A stretch of 64,000 nt of DNA, from the NCBI GenBank assembly GCA_051362555.1, contig CM120640.1, positions 31,701,967 through 31,765,966 of the forward strand. The letters are read 5' to 3'. Positions within the stretch are counted from its first letter, which is position 1, and every line of letters starts with the position of its first letter. The notes beneath the pieces are model-generated. The model was given only the letters and a program-made list of their open reading frames with translations, was not told the origin of the DNA and searched no databases. Below, in pieces: positions 39,001 to 52,161 of the stretch. Both the position numbers and the translations under genes were made by a program. The stretch comes from Lingula anatina (lineage: Eukaryota; Animalia; Brachiopoda).

Positions 39001-42000
39001 TGCATCATCTATGAGGTGTTGATACTGCTCCATCTGTGCAGCAGCCAGGATCAAGGAAGGATTGGTAGTGTCATCTGTAGGTTCGTACTTCTTCATTGCT
39101 ATGAAACATAAATACACTTTTACCATTAAAGATCTTCTTGTGGGTACTTGAATTCAAAATAAAAGAAATCTATGGAGACTGTTATCATTTTTATTTATTT
39201 ATTTATTTATTTATTTATTTTCGCACAAGAAGAAATAAAGGAAAGTGACTAAAATATGCTGTATCTTCTGTTGGCAATCAGAGATGCCAGCCTCTGGTAA
39301 TATAAAATCTGGAGATTCTAAAATTTTGCGGGGGGGGGGGGGGGGGGGGGGGGGAGGGGGGGGAGTGGTCGCTGCCGTTGTGCTTAGTGGAGAGGGGGGG
39401 TGAGGAAGCGACCACTTTCTCTCCCCTTCCCCCAGACAATTAGAAGAGAATTATGAAGCTGACAGTAGTGCAAATTTTCAAAGCCGCTTTTATCCGGGAG
39501 ATTTGGTTACCCGTACGGGAGACCGGGAGATTCGTTTTGTATCTGGGAGACTCCCAGATTGTCCTGGAGATTTGACATGCATGGGAAATTCATGTTTGGT
39601 GCTCATGCTCTGCAGTTATAGAATCAATAAAATTCAATTATTTTCCTTGATATTAATAGTTCTGTTCTAAACGAAAAAAAAAAATCAAAAATTTGTGAGG
39701 AAATTATACATTAATTGAAAACCCCATTAATATATCACATACAGCACTTACAGTCTTAGAGCATGCGTAATGCAGCCTCCATGACTTTGTTGTCATAACT
39801 TTCCAGTTATATTGCAAAAGATTTCTATCGTCATGCTCAACTGACATGCTGCTGACCTTGAATAGGGTATAGAACTGCATGTTACGACAAAATCTGTCAC
39901 CTAAAGTTTCATTAGATACAGGGCTCGGCACCGACAGTTAAAAATTCAGTTCGGACAGGTGAAAATGCAGGTTGAGCTGTCAGGCCAGGTCGTATTTTAT
40001 GAGTATTTGAAAACAAAAATCTTGAAAACAAAATTTTGTTCATTCCTAACGTCTTTTTGCGTGACTCTTTTGTTTATATATAAATCATCGTCATAGTTGC
40101 TATAAAAAGATACTGTGCATTGCCTCAAACTGCAGGCACGTGTCGGGTGAGTTATGTCATGCCACAAATGGATCGTATCAATCTTATGCATAGTTTTCAG
40201 GTCAACCACCCCTGGCTGATATATTATAAGAACTGATTCCAATCCTTAAAACCAACAAAAATTACTCTGACAAAATACCTAACTTAGATCCACCTTTTTA
40301 CCTTTTATGGTCATTTTCATCATATTCAAAAAGCAATATGCAAAGCGTTAAAATTCCCTAACAGTGGCAAATAAACACGACTGCGTCATAAAGGTTAACG
40401 GGAATTACGTACACATGGCTTACATTTCTGCTGTTTTACCATCCGAAATATTCCTAGTTAGATTGAACATTGTGGATTTGTTCAGTGTGAAAAAAATATC
40501 GCACAACAATTTCATTTACCAGTTGCAATGAAAATAATAAAAAAAGAATGGGGAAAACCTGAACATGTTTATTATTTTTACTTTCTTTCATATAAAAGAA
40601 TATTTTACTTATGCAAACAAGATTTATTATAGCTAATCCAAATAATTTTTAAAAATTGGATAATATATGTTCAGTAACTACACGTGAGCGCCATAGCACT
40701 AACCTCTTGATAACAAGAGGTCTAGCAACCAGGTAATGTGCAAATCCGATTCCAATAAACTAAAGGGAAAGTGAAGCATTGGTGTAAAATACACTCTAGA
40801 CATTTGATCATCGTATGCAAAGGACTGAAGGTTGTTTGATTTTATTAAGAACTGAGTGAACGGTCATCATTATCTGAATATTCTGTTATAACCAACAAGG
40901 CAGACAAACCACCACCGAGGTTATTTTTAGTTACTTTTAATTCCCGGATTGTGCACTCTGGCTCCGCAAGAGGTGGAGACCGGGCAGCACAGCTGTACGG
41001 CACATACGGTTAACAGGGGTTGACAAGTAGCCTACTTCCAAACATTTTTCATAACTGTGATTATTTCTCATTTTGTTTACATATTTGATATTTACGGCAA
41101 TGGTAAATAAGCAATGTGTTTATGGCACTTGCAAAAGTGAGTCTAGGTACGTTGACAGGCCGGACAGGTGTCCCCGATTAACCGCCGACAGAGAAGGGGT
41201 CCCCGAGCATAGAACAACTCAACCTATATATGCCGAAAATTTGGAAACAGTTGAGCAACTGAAGCTTTGTTGGATTTGAGCAGAAATCGATAGGAAAGTA
41301 GGCCTACATTGACATGTCAAACCCCAAAGTTCAAGATTTGGTCCTTGACACCAGTAACGCTCCCCTTTGTCAAGAATATGAACAAGACATCGGTCGAGAT
41401 GCACGTTCTATTTTTTACCTGTGTTATGTGACTTTATCAACTTGGTTGTTAAATGCCAGACCTTTTGTTCCCTGGTACTAGTAGCAAACTTTTCCAGGTA
41501 ACGATCTGACACTAACAGCGTTGTCAACCCAGTTAGTAATGCTGCCATTGTTACTTGTATCCCTAATATACCAGTGATATATTTGATATATTTCAGTAAG
41601 AGAATAAGCTATGATGCTTGTATTTATTTGCAACACTTTAACATCAACCTATCAATGGAAAGTTTGAACCTTTCAATACTATTATACAATAATGGTATAA
41701 TGATGGGAGCTGTTATGATTAAATGCTTATTTAAAAGAAATAATAAAGCAGATTATATGTGAAATATAAAACGGGTTTATTCTATTTGAGCTACTTTTGA
41801 TTTTTTTTCAAACCAGTTAATCATCAAACATGAAGGTCATTTTCATGCACATCCACAGATATTACTGCAATATAACCCTACTGATAATCAGGTATCTGCA
41901 TTTTAGTAATGTAGATCTACATGTGAGTATCACTAATATAAAAATCAGATACATAAATCAACATTACTAAAATACAAATACCTTTCAGATCTCAACTGAT

Positions 42001-43251
42001 AAGATATTTATAATTTTATGTATAAAACAGTAAACATATCACAAAACGTGTGTACGGAAGATATTTCTACAGGTATCTTTCATTCACAAGTCAAGAAACT
42101 TCACAATGTACTCAACAAATGTAGATATTTGAACATACAGTCATGATAGTGTTTTGCATTATTTTGCTAACGGGTATAAAAAGAACAAAAGAAGTCTCCC
42201 CCCCTTAAAGAACAATAAAAAAACAAAAAACAGACACTGCCATTCTCAATACCTTAAAACAATGGCACCTTGCCCCACTGTTTGCAGACAATGTCCTAGT
42301 CACTGTCACGGTGTACTTTTGATGAGGCAAAGGGCAAAAGGGCAACTCCTTTGAAGTACACTATGGAGGTGTCTTTCTTGTAATAAATCTGCCCCAAGTA
42401 CCCTGAAAGTACATATTGCGACCCACGCAACAAAGGCTCCTCCGTGGTGTCAACACAGAATTCAACCAGCCACTGGTAAACATCGTCATAGTTGAAAACT
42501 TGTGGCACAGCTTCAGGGACAAGATCACACCAACTTCCCGAGTTCTCTTGTTGATGATGAATCTACATGTTTTAATTATGTTTTTGCAACATGAGTTCAT
42601 CATTAACTTTGCTGGTTCACGTGTACACAGTACCTCGCTAACAATTCTGCTCTTTTCCCCCAAATCGCCATTGACAAGCTAACCACATCGTTTCAAAACA
42701 ACGTTTGTATGATCCTCTACATCTGGCGTGGCAGTTTCGCCCCGGGGACATCGTCTTCGGTTAAAACAACGTATCGTTTTCACTCATCTTTGCATTGCTT
42801 CTCTAAAAAATGATCCGCTTGCTGCCCGGCCAATGAAAATAATCTTAGCGCATGTGTAGTTACGCACAACCTATTACGTTTAATGCGCGCAAATTTATGT
42901 AACGTAAGGCGGTTTAACAAATTTGATGTTTTACTTTGATCATTACTGCTCTCATGCATTGCTACACCCAAACTTGGAGTTCAAATGCTTTAATAGTAAA
43001 GATGATATAAATAGCTGGTTCGCTATCATATGTGAATCTTTCTGTTCAAAAGTAAATAATAATTTCTCTCAAATCAAAGTACTCGTTGGGCTCATCGTTC
43101 AATTTATTAACGCAGTGCAGTATTACGTAATGCACATGTACAACAAAAACTACTAGTGTCAACACAAGGATAACTATTACCCACCTTCAAAATCGCCCGT
43201 ATCAGCCACAACAACAGTGTGATCCTTGATCTGATCCAACACAGAAGGCAT
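36081..43251 (-). CDS. TALDO1: Transaldolase-family enzyme (TALDO1-like), 323 aa, 9 exons, with active-site Phe-to-Tyr change
   Basis: Exons 43251-43185 ([22 protein letters not shown]), 39098-38975 ([12 protein letters not shown]), 38771-38664 ([10 protein letters not shown]), 38388-38257 ([13 protein letters not shown], Schiff-base K132), 37774-37714 ([12 protein letters not shown]), 37506-37392 ([11 protein letters not shown]), 37098-36969 ([15 protein letters not shown]), 36824-36757, 36247-36081 ([10 protein letters not shown]). Total 972 nt with no internal stop. Confidence 0.95.
40674..42863. mobile_element. Decayed THAP-bearing DNA transposon remnant (possibly ISL2EU/Harbinger-like) in transaldolase intron 1
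   Basis: Plus strand from 41100: [17 protein letters not shown] (THAP-type N-terminus). Minus strand 42296-42508: [14 protein letters not shown]...[10 protein letters not shown]...YFKG, resembling the pre-SWIM region of YqaJ-type accessory proteins. Imperfect inverted match gtaactacac(g/a)tg at both ends. Confidence 0.4.
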
Positions 43252-45283
43252 CTTTGCAGCTTTTGACACCGGCTCGTTCGTAATTTATGCTTATATAGTG
43301 CTGACCATACACGGAAATAGGACGCTATGGCACGCTTTCTGTCGAGTCACACCGCGTAGTTTTGACGGTCATACTGACCGGCGGATAACCAAGGAAGGAC
43401 ATTTTAACTGAAGTATTAAGAAGATATTAAAAATCATATAGACCTATGCCAAATATACGTGTATGCCTAATGATACCAAAAGTGCTAGAAATGTCCGTAT
43501 GAAAAAAAAAATCCAGTTTCTGGATTTACTTTCCTGTCTTAACATAAATTAAATACGCCTCGGACATGTAATAGTTTTGTTAATTCTGATTTTTAATTTC
43601 CTAATCTTGAAACCCCCTCCTTCTTTTTTTGGGGGGAGGGAGTATAATTTTTGCACGTTTTGTTCATAAAAGAAAAATAATTAAACACAGGTGGTGACAG
43701 CGCCACAGACATGTAACAGTTTTGTTAATTTTGGTTTCCAATTTCTCAATCTTAATTTTTTTCCTTTCCGAATAAGGATATTTATATATAAATTTTAACA
43801 CATACTAGTATTATTTATAATATCTCTGTTTACATTTGTCAGTGAAGAAGTATATACACAAAACGAAGAATATGCTAAACATTAATAAAAAATCTTATTC
43901 AGATAATATATACCTGTGCAAAATGTAAAGTGGCAGATACATTAATACATTGGTGCAGATACATTAATACAATAGTAATGGTAATGTAAACATTCTGAAG
44001 TTTGACATATGAAACCTGCATGGATATATAATTTTAAACTATAATATACTATATAGGCTTAAAATGATTCTTAAGTCAACTTCTCTTTCAAATATCTTGA
44101 TGGTTGTATCTGTGCATAAGACCATCCCTTTATTACAAAAGAATAGAAACGAAACGAACGCATAATTTTACACATAAGCAGTAATTCATGAATGCACAAG
44201 CATGATTAAGTTACTATGTTTTCCAGTTTATGCAGTCTATGTTGGTAATTTTTTTTCCAAGGGTTCAAATAAAAATAATTATATTTTTCTTCATCTGACC
44301 TACTAATACCGGTCCGTGGCAAATACTTTTCAACTTACAGGCCATCCCAGGACTCGACATTAACTTTTATAACCTCCCGTCCTTCGGACAGATGGTCATA
44401 AATATGACCTGTCCGAATTTGAATCCAACATTTCGGACAAACGAATATTTTCCCATTAATTCCCGTCAGGGAAACTTTGTCAAGTAACGTGTAATCTAAG
44501 ATCTAATAAACAGATCTTAGGTGTAATCAAGAATGAATACGTACTAACGTTGCGGGATCCATTTTGGACATGCAGCGAAATATGTTGGGCACTCCATGTT
44601 TATTTCTCTTTTTTTTTCAAATTCAAACTTATTTAATGAGATCAAGAGTGCGTTGAATTTTTACTTTAAAACTTCATACATGGATCGTTGTAGAAACTAA
44701 AATTGAGTGGCATGAACATTGGGTGGGACCCAGGTCACATTCCAAACTGCCAGCTCAGATTGTCGGGTCAAACTGTCACTTAGCTGTGTTTGTCTTTTAT
44801 TTCCCCTTTAAAATGAATTTTCGGACAACAAAAGGTTTAAGTATTATGTACATTTTATTTTCGAAACGAATACCAGCAAATCCTCCATTTTTCTTGATCG
44901 TGTGACCATTTCCATATTTGTACATGGAATACGCAATGTACACTTGTGGAGGGGTCGCGAATCATTACGGGGAACACGTAATATTTTGATTGCAACTGGC
45001 AAATAAAATTGTTGTGAGGATTTTTTTCAGACTGAACATATCCACATTGTCAAAGATATTATAACCCTTAATTATCATCCAGATACCGAAAATCCTTGGC
45101 CTGGGACGCGACACCGCTACCGCCCTTTGACGGTAAATCAATGGTTGCTTGGATGGGTCGGCGAGGTGAGGAGGGCTCTCCGTGCCTCCTGGCCGAACCC
45201 GACTCGCCGGGTTCCCCGTACGTCGGGTAAAGGTAGCTGTCGCACCGCCGGGACCCCAGTGGCCGGCGTGCTGACAGTTTACG

Positions 45284-45643
45284 TATCTGGTTCATCATGC
45301 CAGTGTTCATATGCTTGTCTCAACGGTTCAGCCGTGCATGTCTAAGCACATGCTTTCACGCAGTGAAACCGCCAATGGCTCAGTTATGGTTCCGTAGATC
45401 GCACAGTCTTTCTTGGGTGACTGTAGTAATTCTAGAGCTAATACAAGTTTAACCAAGCTCCGACCCAACAACGGACAGAGCGCTTTTATTAGATCAAAAC
45501 CAATTGAGCTCCGGCTTGTCCTGCTGGCGACTCTGGATAACGTTGGGCTGATCGCATGGCCTCCGACCGGCGACGCAACTTTCAAATGTCTGCCTTATCA
45601 TTTTGCTATGGCACTTGACATGCCTACCGTGGTTACAACGGGG
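45284..45643 (+). pseudogene. 18S rRNA pseudogene fragment 1 (5' end), preceded by GC-rich probable 5' ETS from about 45080
   Basis: tatctggttcatcatgccag..tcatatgcttgtctcaa...gcatgtctaag...gtaattctagagctaataca...ttcaaatgtctgccttatca are degenerate copies of conserved 18S 5' motifs, with many substitutions and deletions. Confidence 0.9.
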
Positions 45644-45714
45644 AGTCTTCTAAAACATGCGGTTCACAGAAAATCTGCTCACCTTGGCAGCTTCTTGGCA
45701 GCTTTTTGGTGGCG

Positions 45715-45909
45715 GTGCAAGTATAGTTGCAAGATCAAACTTAAAGGAATTGACTGAAGGGCACCACCAGGAGTGGAGCCTGTGGCTTAATTTGACTCAA
45801 CACGGGAAAACTCACCCGGCCCGGACCCTGTAAGGATTGACAGATTGCGAGCTCTTTTTTTGATTTGGTGGTTCTTAGTTGGTGAAGCGATTTGTCTGGC
45901 TAATTCTGA
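45715..45909 (+). pseudogene. 18S rRNA pseudogene fragment 2 (central region)
   Basis: aaacttaaaggaattgac.gaagggcaccaccaggagtggagcctg.ggcttaatttgactcaacacggg...ggattgacagattg...ttcttagttggtg.agcgatttgtctgg, with an internal deletion. Confidence 0.9.
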
Positions 45910-48900
45910 TATTATCGGCGCCGTCGCTTCCTCCGCAAGCGCAAGGGTTTAAGAACCGCGTGCAAGCCGCTGGCTGGCTTGGCCCACACGCCGGGTACCT
46001 CCGTTCCCACACTGGAGGTACTTTATTTGTCCTGCGAGCTCGCCCTGTCCCACTCGTCTTTTTTCCGTACCATTTAAAGTATAAAAAATACGGTTCGCGC
46101 ATTAGTCTTTTAAAACATGCGGTTCACAGAAAATCTCCGCTCACCTTGTACCGTTCAGAGACCCTTAAAATATCCCCCATAAGGACCGTTACCGTACCTT
46201 TGCGGTAAATATTCTATATACCGCAAGGCCCAGTACAGCACTGGTGCGTATCTTGGAAAGATCGGCTTCTATACTCCTTTATATCGCGAGTCACGAAATG
46301 GTATATATGTCACGGGGTAACATAACGTTTAAAATGAAAATTTTGGAAAACCCCTCTTCCATATACTGAGTACTATTTGACCCAATGCACTGCATTGTGC
46401 ATCTTTTCTTTTTCTTTTTCTTTTCATTATCGTCTTTGAATTTAACTTGTGAAGACATGTTTTATTTTTGAAGCGTGACAATTTGTAAGGGAAATTTGGA
46501 CATTGATACCTAAGCAAAAACAATGACCTACCTCCTGCATCACATTATACATAATAAGGTGAAGATATTAGCTGCATGTCGTAAATGATCTGTATAACCA
46601 ATCTCATGTAATCCAGCATTCAGGTTTGATGATTTCACGTATTGTCCATGCAATCAGCATTGTTCAATAAGTAAAGTAATTCTGACCATATATGGTAAAA
46701 TGCACACGGCACTTATGTATTTGCACACGGTACGCTATTTATTATAATATAAATATATGTGAAATTTATTGAAAAGTTAGTCAAGTTCCGAAAAGTTGAA
46801 GTGCTAAAACAGAGGATCAACAACTAGTAAGAGCAGTGGGGTTGTAAGGGTTGAAGTTAGCACTTAGAAGTCTTGTAAACTGCACTCAGATATAAAGCAA
46901 AGTATATTCCACGAACTGACTCCTTTCATCAATAATTACGAAGCTAATAATCTCCGTAACATATAGTTTAACATCCGGGTATGTTTGTTGTCTCTCACGG
47001 TTGCCATTTTTAAAGGAAATATCGTCACTTAGCAATCGTTTTATATATAATGAAAAAATATACCAATCTGATGAAATACAGCATAAAATATTGAACGAAC
47101 AACGTCAATAAATTAAACCAAGAATTTCAAGTCTTTTATTAAACCAGCCCACTATTGTTTTATTAATTTTCACACATTATTGAAATCTGGAGGTTTTTTG
47201 TACTTATTAAGTACTAACAATGTATCGCAAATTAAAGCTCAAAAGATTGTTAACGCATTACATAAAATTGTTTTCAATTTTAATTTGGCAGTTTTAATTG
47301 TGTAGTTTATTCAAAACTACAGTTTTCACGCACGCGTTTTCACCATATACATCGCGGGCTTCTTATTGCCCCGGCCCTTTGTAATGATCGAACAAAACCG
47401 GTACTTTTTAATTTTCCTGGCCACTAACATCATTATCTCGGCATTTTTCTCTCCGTAGCTCATGAAAAAATGACGGTTTTACATTTTATACCATTCGTTT
47501 TTTTTAAATTATCCAAAAATAATCATTGGGTGTAAAAGAACACGAGTATTATTAAAGTATATGTTTAGTTCGTACACTAAGTATCGATTTCGTACGAGCA
47601 CCAAAGAAAGGATTATGGAGCAACACCGATAAAGTGTCTTGTGCACCCCCCCCCCCCCCCCCCTCCTGGGGTGATAAGGCTGTTTGAAATAGATGGGCAG
47701 CGAAGGCTTCTTTTATTACAATGGAATGTGCCCGTGGCACCGAGGCTACTGCTGCAAACCAGATGCCTTTTTAGATTCGGAGGTTTCTTAAGCAGACGAT
47801 GGGTAGAAGTGAAACATTTACCTCAAGGCGTGCTTTTTCTTGTGTTAAATAATGCACTAATTTTGCATAATAAATGTTATATGCTTCTCAGGAAGACCTT
47901 ATAAATTGTTTCTATTTAGAATAAATGGAGGAATGGAAGTACCAAGCAACCAATAGAAGTGAACGCATTCCCACTAGTGAAACCATTTACTTTGTCCTGA
48001 AAGAAATTTCGTCTTAAGTGCATAAAAGGCCATGAATAAGATGCTTAACTGATCAGATCTTTGGTCTCACGCTATATTTAAATGAGGTAATGCAGCCAAC
48101 TATCTGTCTGAAAAATGCTACATCAGCATGACAAGTATAAACAAGTCAAAGCCATTTTTTTTTTTTTTTTTTGGGGGGGGGGGGTGTTCTGATCACGTTA
48201 CCATGCATGATATTATTCAAACTGGATTTAAAAGAAAAATATTTTCCACCAAATCTGAGGATGAGTTGTAAGGCAGTGAAAACTTTAAGTCTCAAGGTAC
48301 CTTGATTTTTATAATAATAATCACAACTCCAGCAATCATTTTACAAAGGCACAGCCAGGTACCGGATATATTTCAACATAATTGCTTCTAGCTAACAAAC
48401 ACAAACCAAACATTTGGTAGATACTGCATGTATAAAATCAGTTTTGTAATTACAGATTGTTTGCACAATTAATAACAGGGAGTCTCACAATCTTATTTAT
48501 TAAAAGTAAAGCTTTATGAGAATTGCTCTTGTAATTTCAATTCCAAATCCATTTCTTTCAAATTTATAATAAATATTTGTTATAAAAAACACCTTGAACA
48601 TGAATATTCCCAGTCTGATGCATTAAATGAAATGTTTTTTTTTTCAACACAGTGTATTAATACAGTTCTTAAACTCTCATTCAATTTTGCCTATAAACAT
48701 TATATGCGTATCCAACATTTTAGCAGCTTCTTCTCATCCTCAATACTGATGCTGTACGAATATTCATCCTGCCTTTTACAAATACACAAAGTGGCTCATG
48801 ATTGAGATCATACACCAATACAATATGGGTCCTTACATTCCAAATGGTTTGCACTTTGTCCTAGGTAGAATATAAGTTTCATCCCAAAGAAACTGTCATG

Positions 48901-48984
48901 TGACCGATACTGATACTCTATCACTGCACATCTCACACTGTGACCGGTCAAACCAGTTAAGTTGGTGTCCATCACTTCAGCTGT

Positions 48985-51900
48985 CTACTGTTCAGGTGCT
49001 TCTGGTGCTGGTTCAAATCCTGCCTGAGGTTTGTCCATATCGGCCTGCTTTTTCACGCCAGATACGATGTCATCTATACGCAGCAACAATATAGCAGTCT
49101 AAAATGGAGAAACAAAGCAACAATGTACCGTCATTTCAGTCTGAGAAAAAAGTTCCTACATCATTTCAGTTTTACTCACAAGGCATAATTCTTTTATTCT
49201 TTTTTTTTATCATTTACAGGCACATGCCAAATAAACCATCAATATCTGGATTTGAAAAATAAAATAACAAATCTTGGAATAATTCTAAATAACCTTACAA
49301 AAACTTTAAATAATTCTAAATAAAATGTATCTAAGTTCTATCATACCTCAATGGCTGTCTTGTATGTCTGTGCTTTTACAGACATGGGTTCCCAGATTCC
49401 AAACTGCTTCATGTCCACCAGCTCCCCCTTCTCCCCATCAATACCCCATGACATGTTGCCTTCACTGGCATGCTTAGCCTGGAACATTGCAATCAAGTAT
49501 TTCAATTTTTTTTATTTTAAAACATATTATTTTTTAATATTAAACTGAAATAAGACTTACAAAGAGAACAACGTTAAGAAAAACAAGCATCAATTTAAAA
49601 ACTGAAACAAGTTTGCAGCCATGTTTGTTTACATCAGTATTTGCATCTTGACAAAACATAGAAATTTCTATTTTGCATCAATGGAAAAGTATATTAGGTT
49701 AACTCATATCTAAACCCCCTTTTCCATAAATTGTAACATAAAAGTCCCTTACCCTAAGGGCAGTGATGGTTCTAATGGTATTGGCACCACAGTTCTGGAT
49801 CAGGGTTCTGGGCACCACTTCCAATGCCTTGGAGACAGCTCTATAAGGCCACTGGTGCACACCGGTTATTGTCTTGGCCTTCTCGTTCAGTGCCTTGAAA
49901 ATAAAAGAGAATAAATAATACAGCTGGAAATCACAGAAAAATAAATAAATCAAAAGCTTTTAATTATCAAAATAACTTTTTTCTAAGCCCACTAGGAAAT
50001 AGGTTATGTGGTAGAGACATCAACAAAACTATTTTACTTAACACATTTTTCTTTTTGTTTTGTCAAGTACAGGGTGGTCCATAAAAAATTTACATCTCAA
50101 TTTAAAAAAGGTCGTTTTTTAAGGACCACACACTAATACTACAATTCTTCAAGCTTGTGACTTATCATAAGTAATTGCAAAATTTCAATGTTAGCTGCTA
50201 AGAAATCTAGGTCTTCCATGAAAGAAAAACTCAGAGGCAAAAGCAGCCAGAATTCATGTTGCATCTATCATGAGTCTTGCTGATACTGACTGACTCAGCA
50301 GGACCCTCTAGAGATGCTAGGTATATAATTACAGCTTGGAGAACAAGGGTTTGTTAAAATCAAATAATGTTTTTTTTTCTATATCAATACTAATATGGTG
50401 TTTAAGACCTGTACAAACATTGCAGTCCTCAGAAATTTAATCTTCACAAACTCAATATCAGTTCTTCTCTTTAAGGTACACATAAATATTTTTCAATATG
50501 CAAAGAAAAATAAACAGGGCATTTCTTCAGTTATTTTAAGAAAGTATCTTGGTATGCTAGACCTGTTGCAGATGGGTTAAGTAATGCAATTTTATGGAGC
50601 AGCAGTCCACTTTTCTAACTGCCCGTACCTGTGCCACCGCCATCTCACAGGCGCCGCCTCCTGGCACCAGCCTGGGATCCACCATCACATTCCTGGCCAC
50701 ATTCATGGCGTCCTGCAGATTACGCTCCACCTCGTTAAGGATGTCTTTACTAGCGCCACGCAGCAGGATGGTGCATGCCTTGGGGTCCTTGCACTCGGTC
50801 AGAAATGTGAAATACCTGTCACATTAAAAATATTTCATTAAGTTCTTATAAAATAAACTGTAATGGATACTTAGGAAGTTGAATGTGAGCATGGATGGAT
50901 AGATGGATGGAGTAAATCAAATCAGAATATTGAGAAGATATTTAGAATTGCAATCAACTTTAATTCTTATATTCTTATGTAACATTTACAACATAGTGTT
51001 ATCTCGTGTTTCAGTTGAGTAACGTGCTGTGTATAAAATCTGCTTGTATCATTCTCGTTATAATCACTTATAGATGCAGTGTGACTATAGAGGATTACTT
51101 ACTCATCCCCAAACTTCTTGACTTCAAAGAGTCCGCACTTTGTTCCTACATCTTCCTCCTTGAGTTCATCAGTCCTGTTCACTACAGTTGCTCCCGTGGC
51201 TCTGAGTAGTGAAAAAAAAAATTACATGGGAATTCTAAAAGTCATCTGACAATAGATCAAGAAATCTGTTTTACAATTCAGCTTTTTCTACATTATTGTC
51301 ATCTCATCTCTTATCCTTTAATCTTAAATCAAATTTCTAGCTATTTAATAAAATTCTGAAAATGCTAAAAATTGGGCACATCATGGTAATTTCACACTTC
51401 TATAACTGAACCCTTTTCCTAGTAAATGACAACTCCATTTTGTTAACATTACACTCCAGTCGATATTCACTTACGTTATCACCCCATGTCTACACTACCT
51501 TGCTATCCTGTTATTGTCCGACTTTCTGACTCTTCTAATGGCAGTGATGCCATTTTTGACTAAGTAGTGTTGTGCCAGATCAGAGATGCCCTTCTCTGTG
51601 AACAGCAGGTCTGGCTTCACACGGATCACATCAGCACAGATCTGCTGAATATACTCCTCTTCAAGCTCAAGCAATTTCCTAAATAAAAACCCATTCGTTT
51701 CAGCCTTTTGAAATTCATTTTTTTTTATTTATTTTATTTTATTATTATTATTATTTTTTTTTTTGGGGGGGGGGGGGGAGGGAGAGTCACAACTTAATTA
51801 ACCTTAAAAGAAACTACTGGTCTTTAAAGAAATTGATCTTCAAAGAGCATTTCCAGGAAATACTTACCCAAAGTCAGTATCCTTGGTAATTTCTACATTG

Positions 51901-52128
51901 GTCTGAATGACAAAATAAATTCAATAGTACATTGAAAGTCTATGCGAGTACGTTATTTATACCATAAAACTGTTAACACACACACACACAGGCACACACT
52001 TAGTATGCATGCAATAAGCATTATTAAACTAAAAATAATTTATTGGAAAACGAACATGTCCTGAGCTAATAATAATGTCTAAGTCCATAGAATTAACAAT
52101 ATTATTTTAATTTTCATGCTAAAATTAC

Positions 52129-52161
<33 letters not shown>

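Noticed and set aside
1853-43251. NAGK, lectin and transaldolase as a sugar-metabolism gene cluster
   Set aside because: They are tens of kb apart, separated by unrelated genes and transposons, with no shared regulatory signal; chance neighbourhood suffices.
45284-45909. Functional 18S rRNA gene
   Set aside because: Large deletions, substitutions in invariant positions, a foreign linker, and no 5.8S or 28S downstream.
45068-46208. Several 70-115-aa ORFs in the GC-rich region
   Set aside because: They overlap rDNA-derived sequence and reflect GC content.
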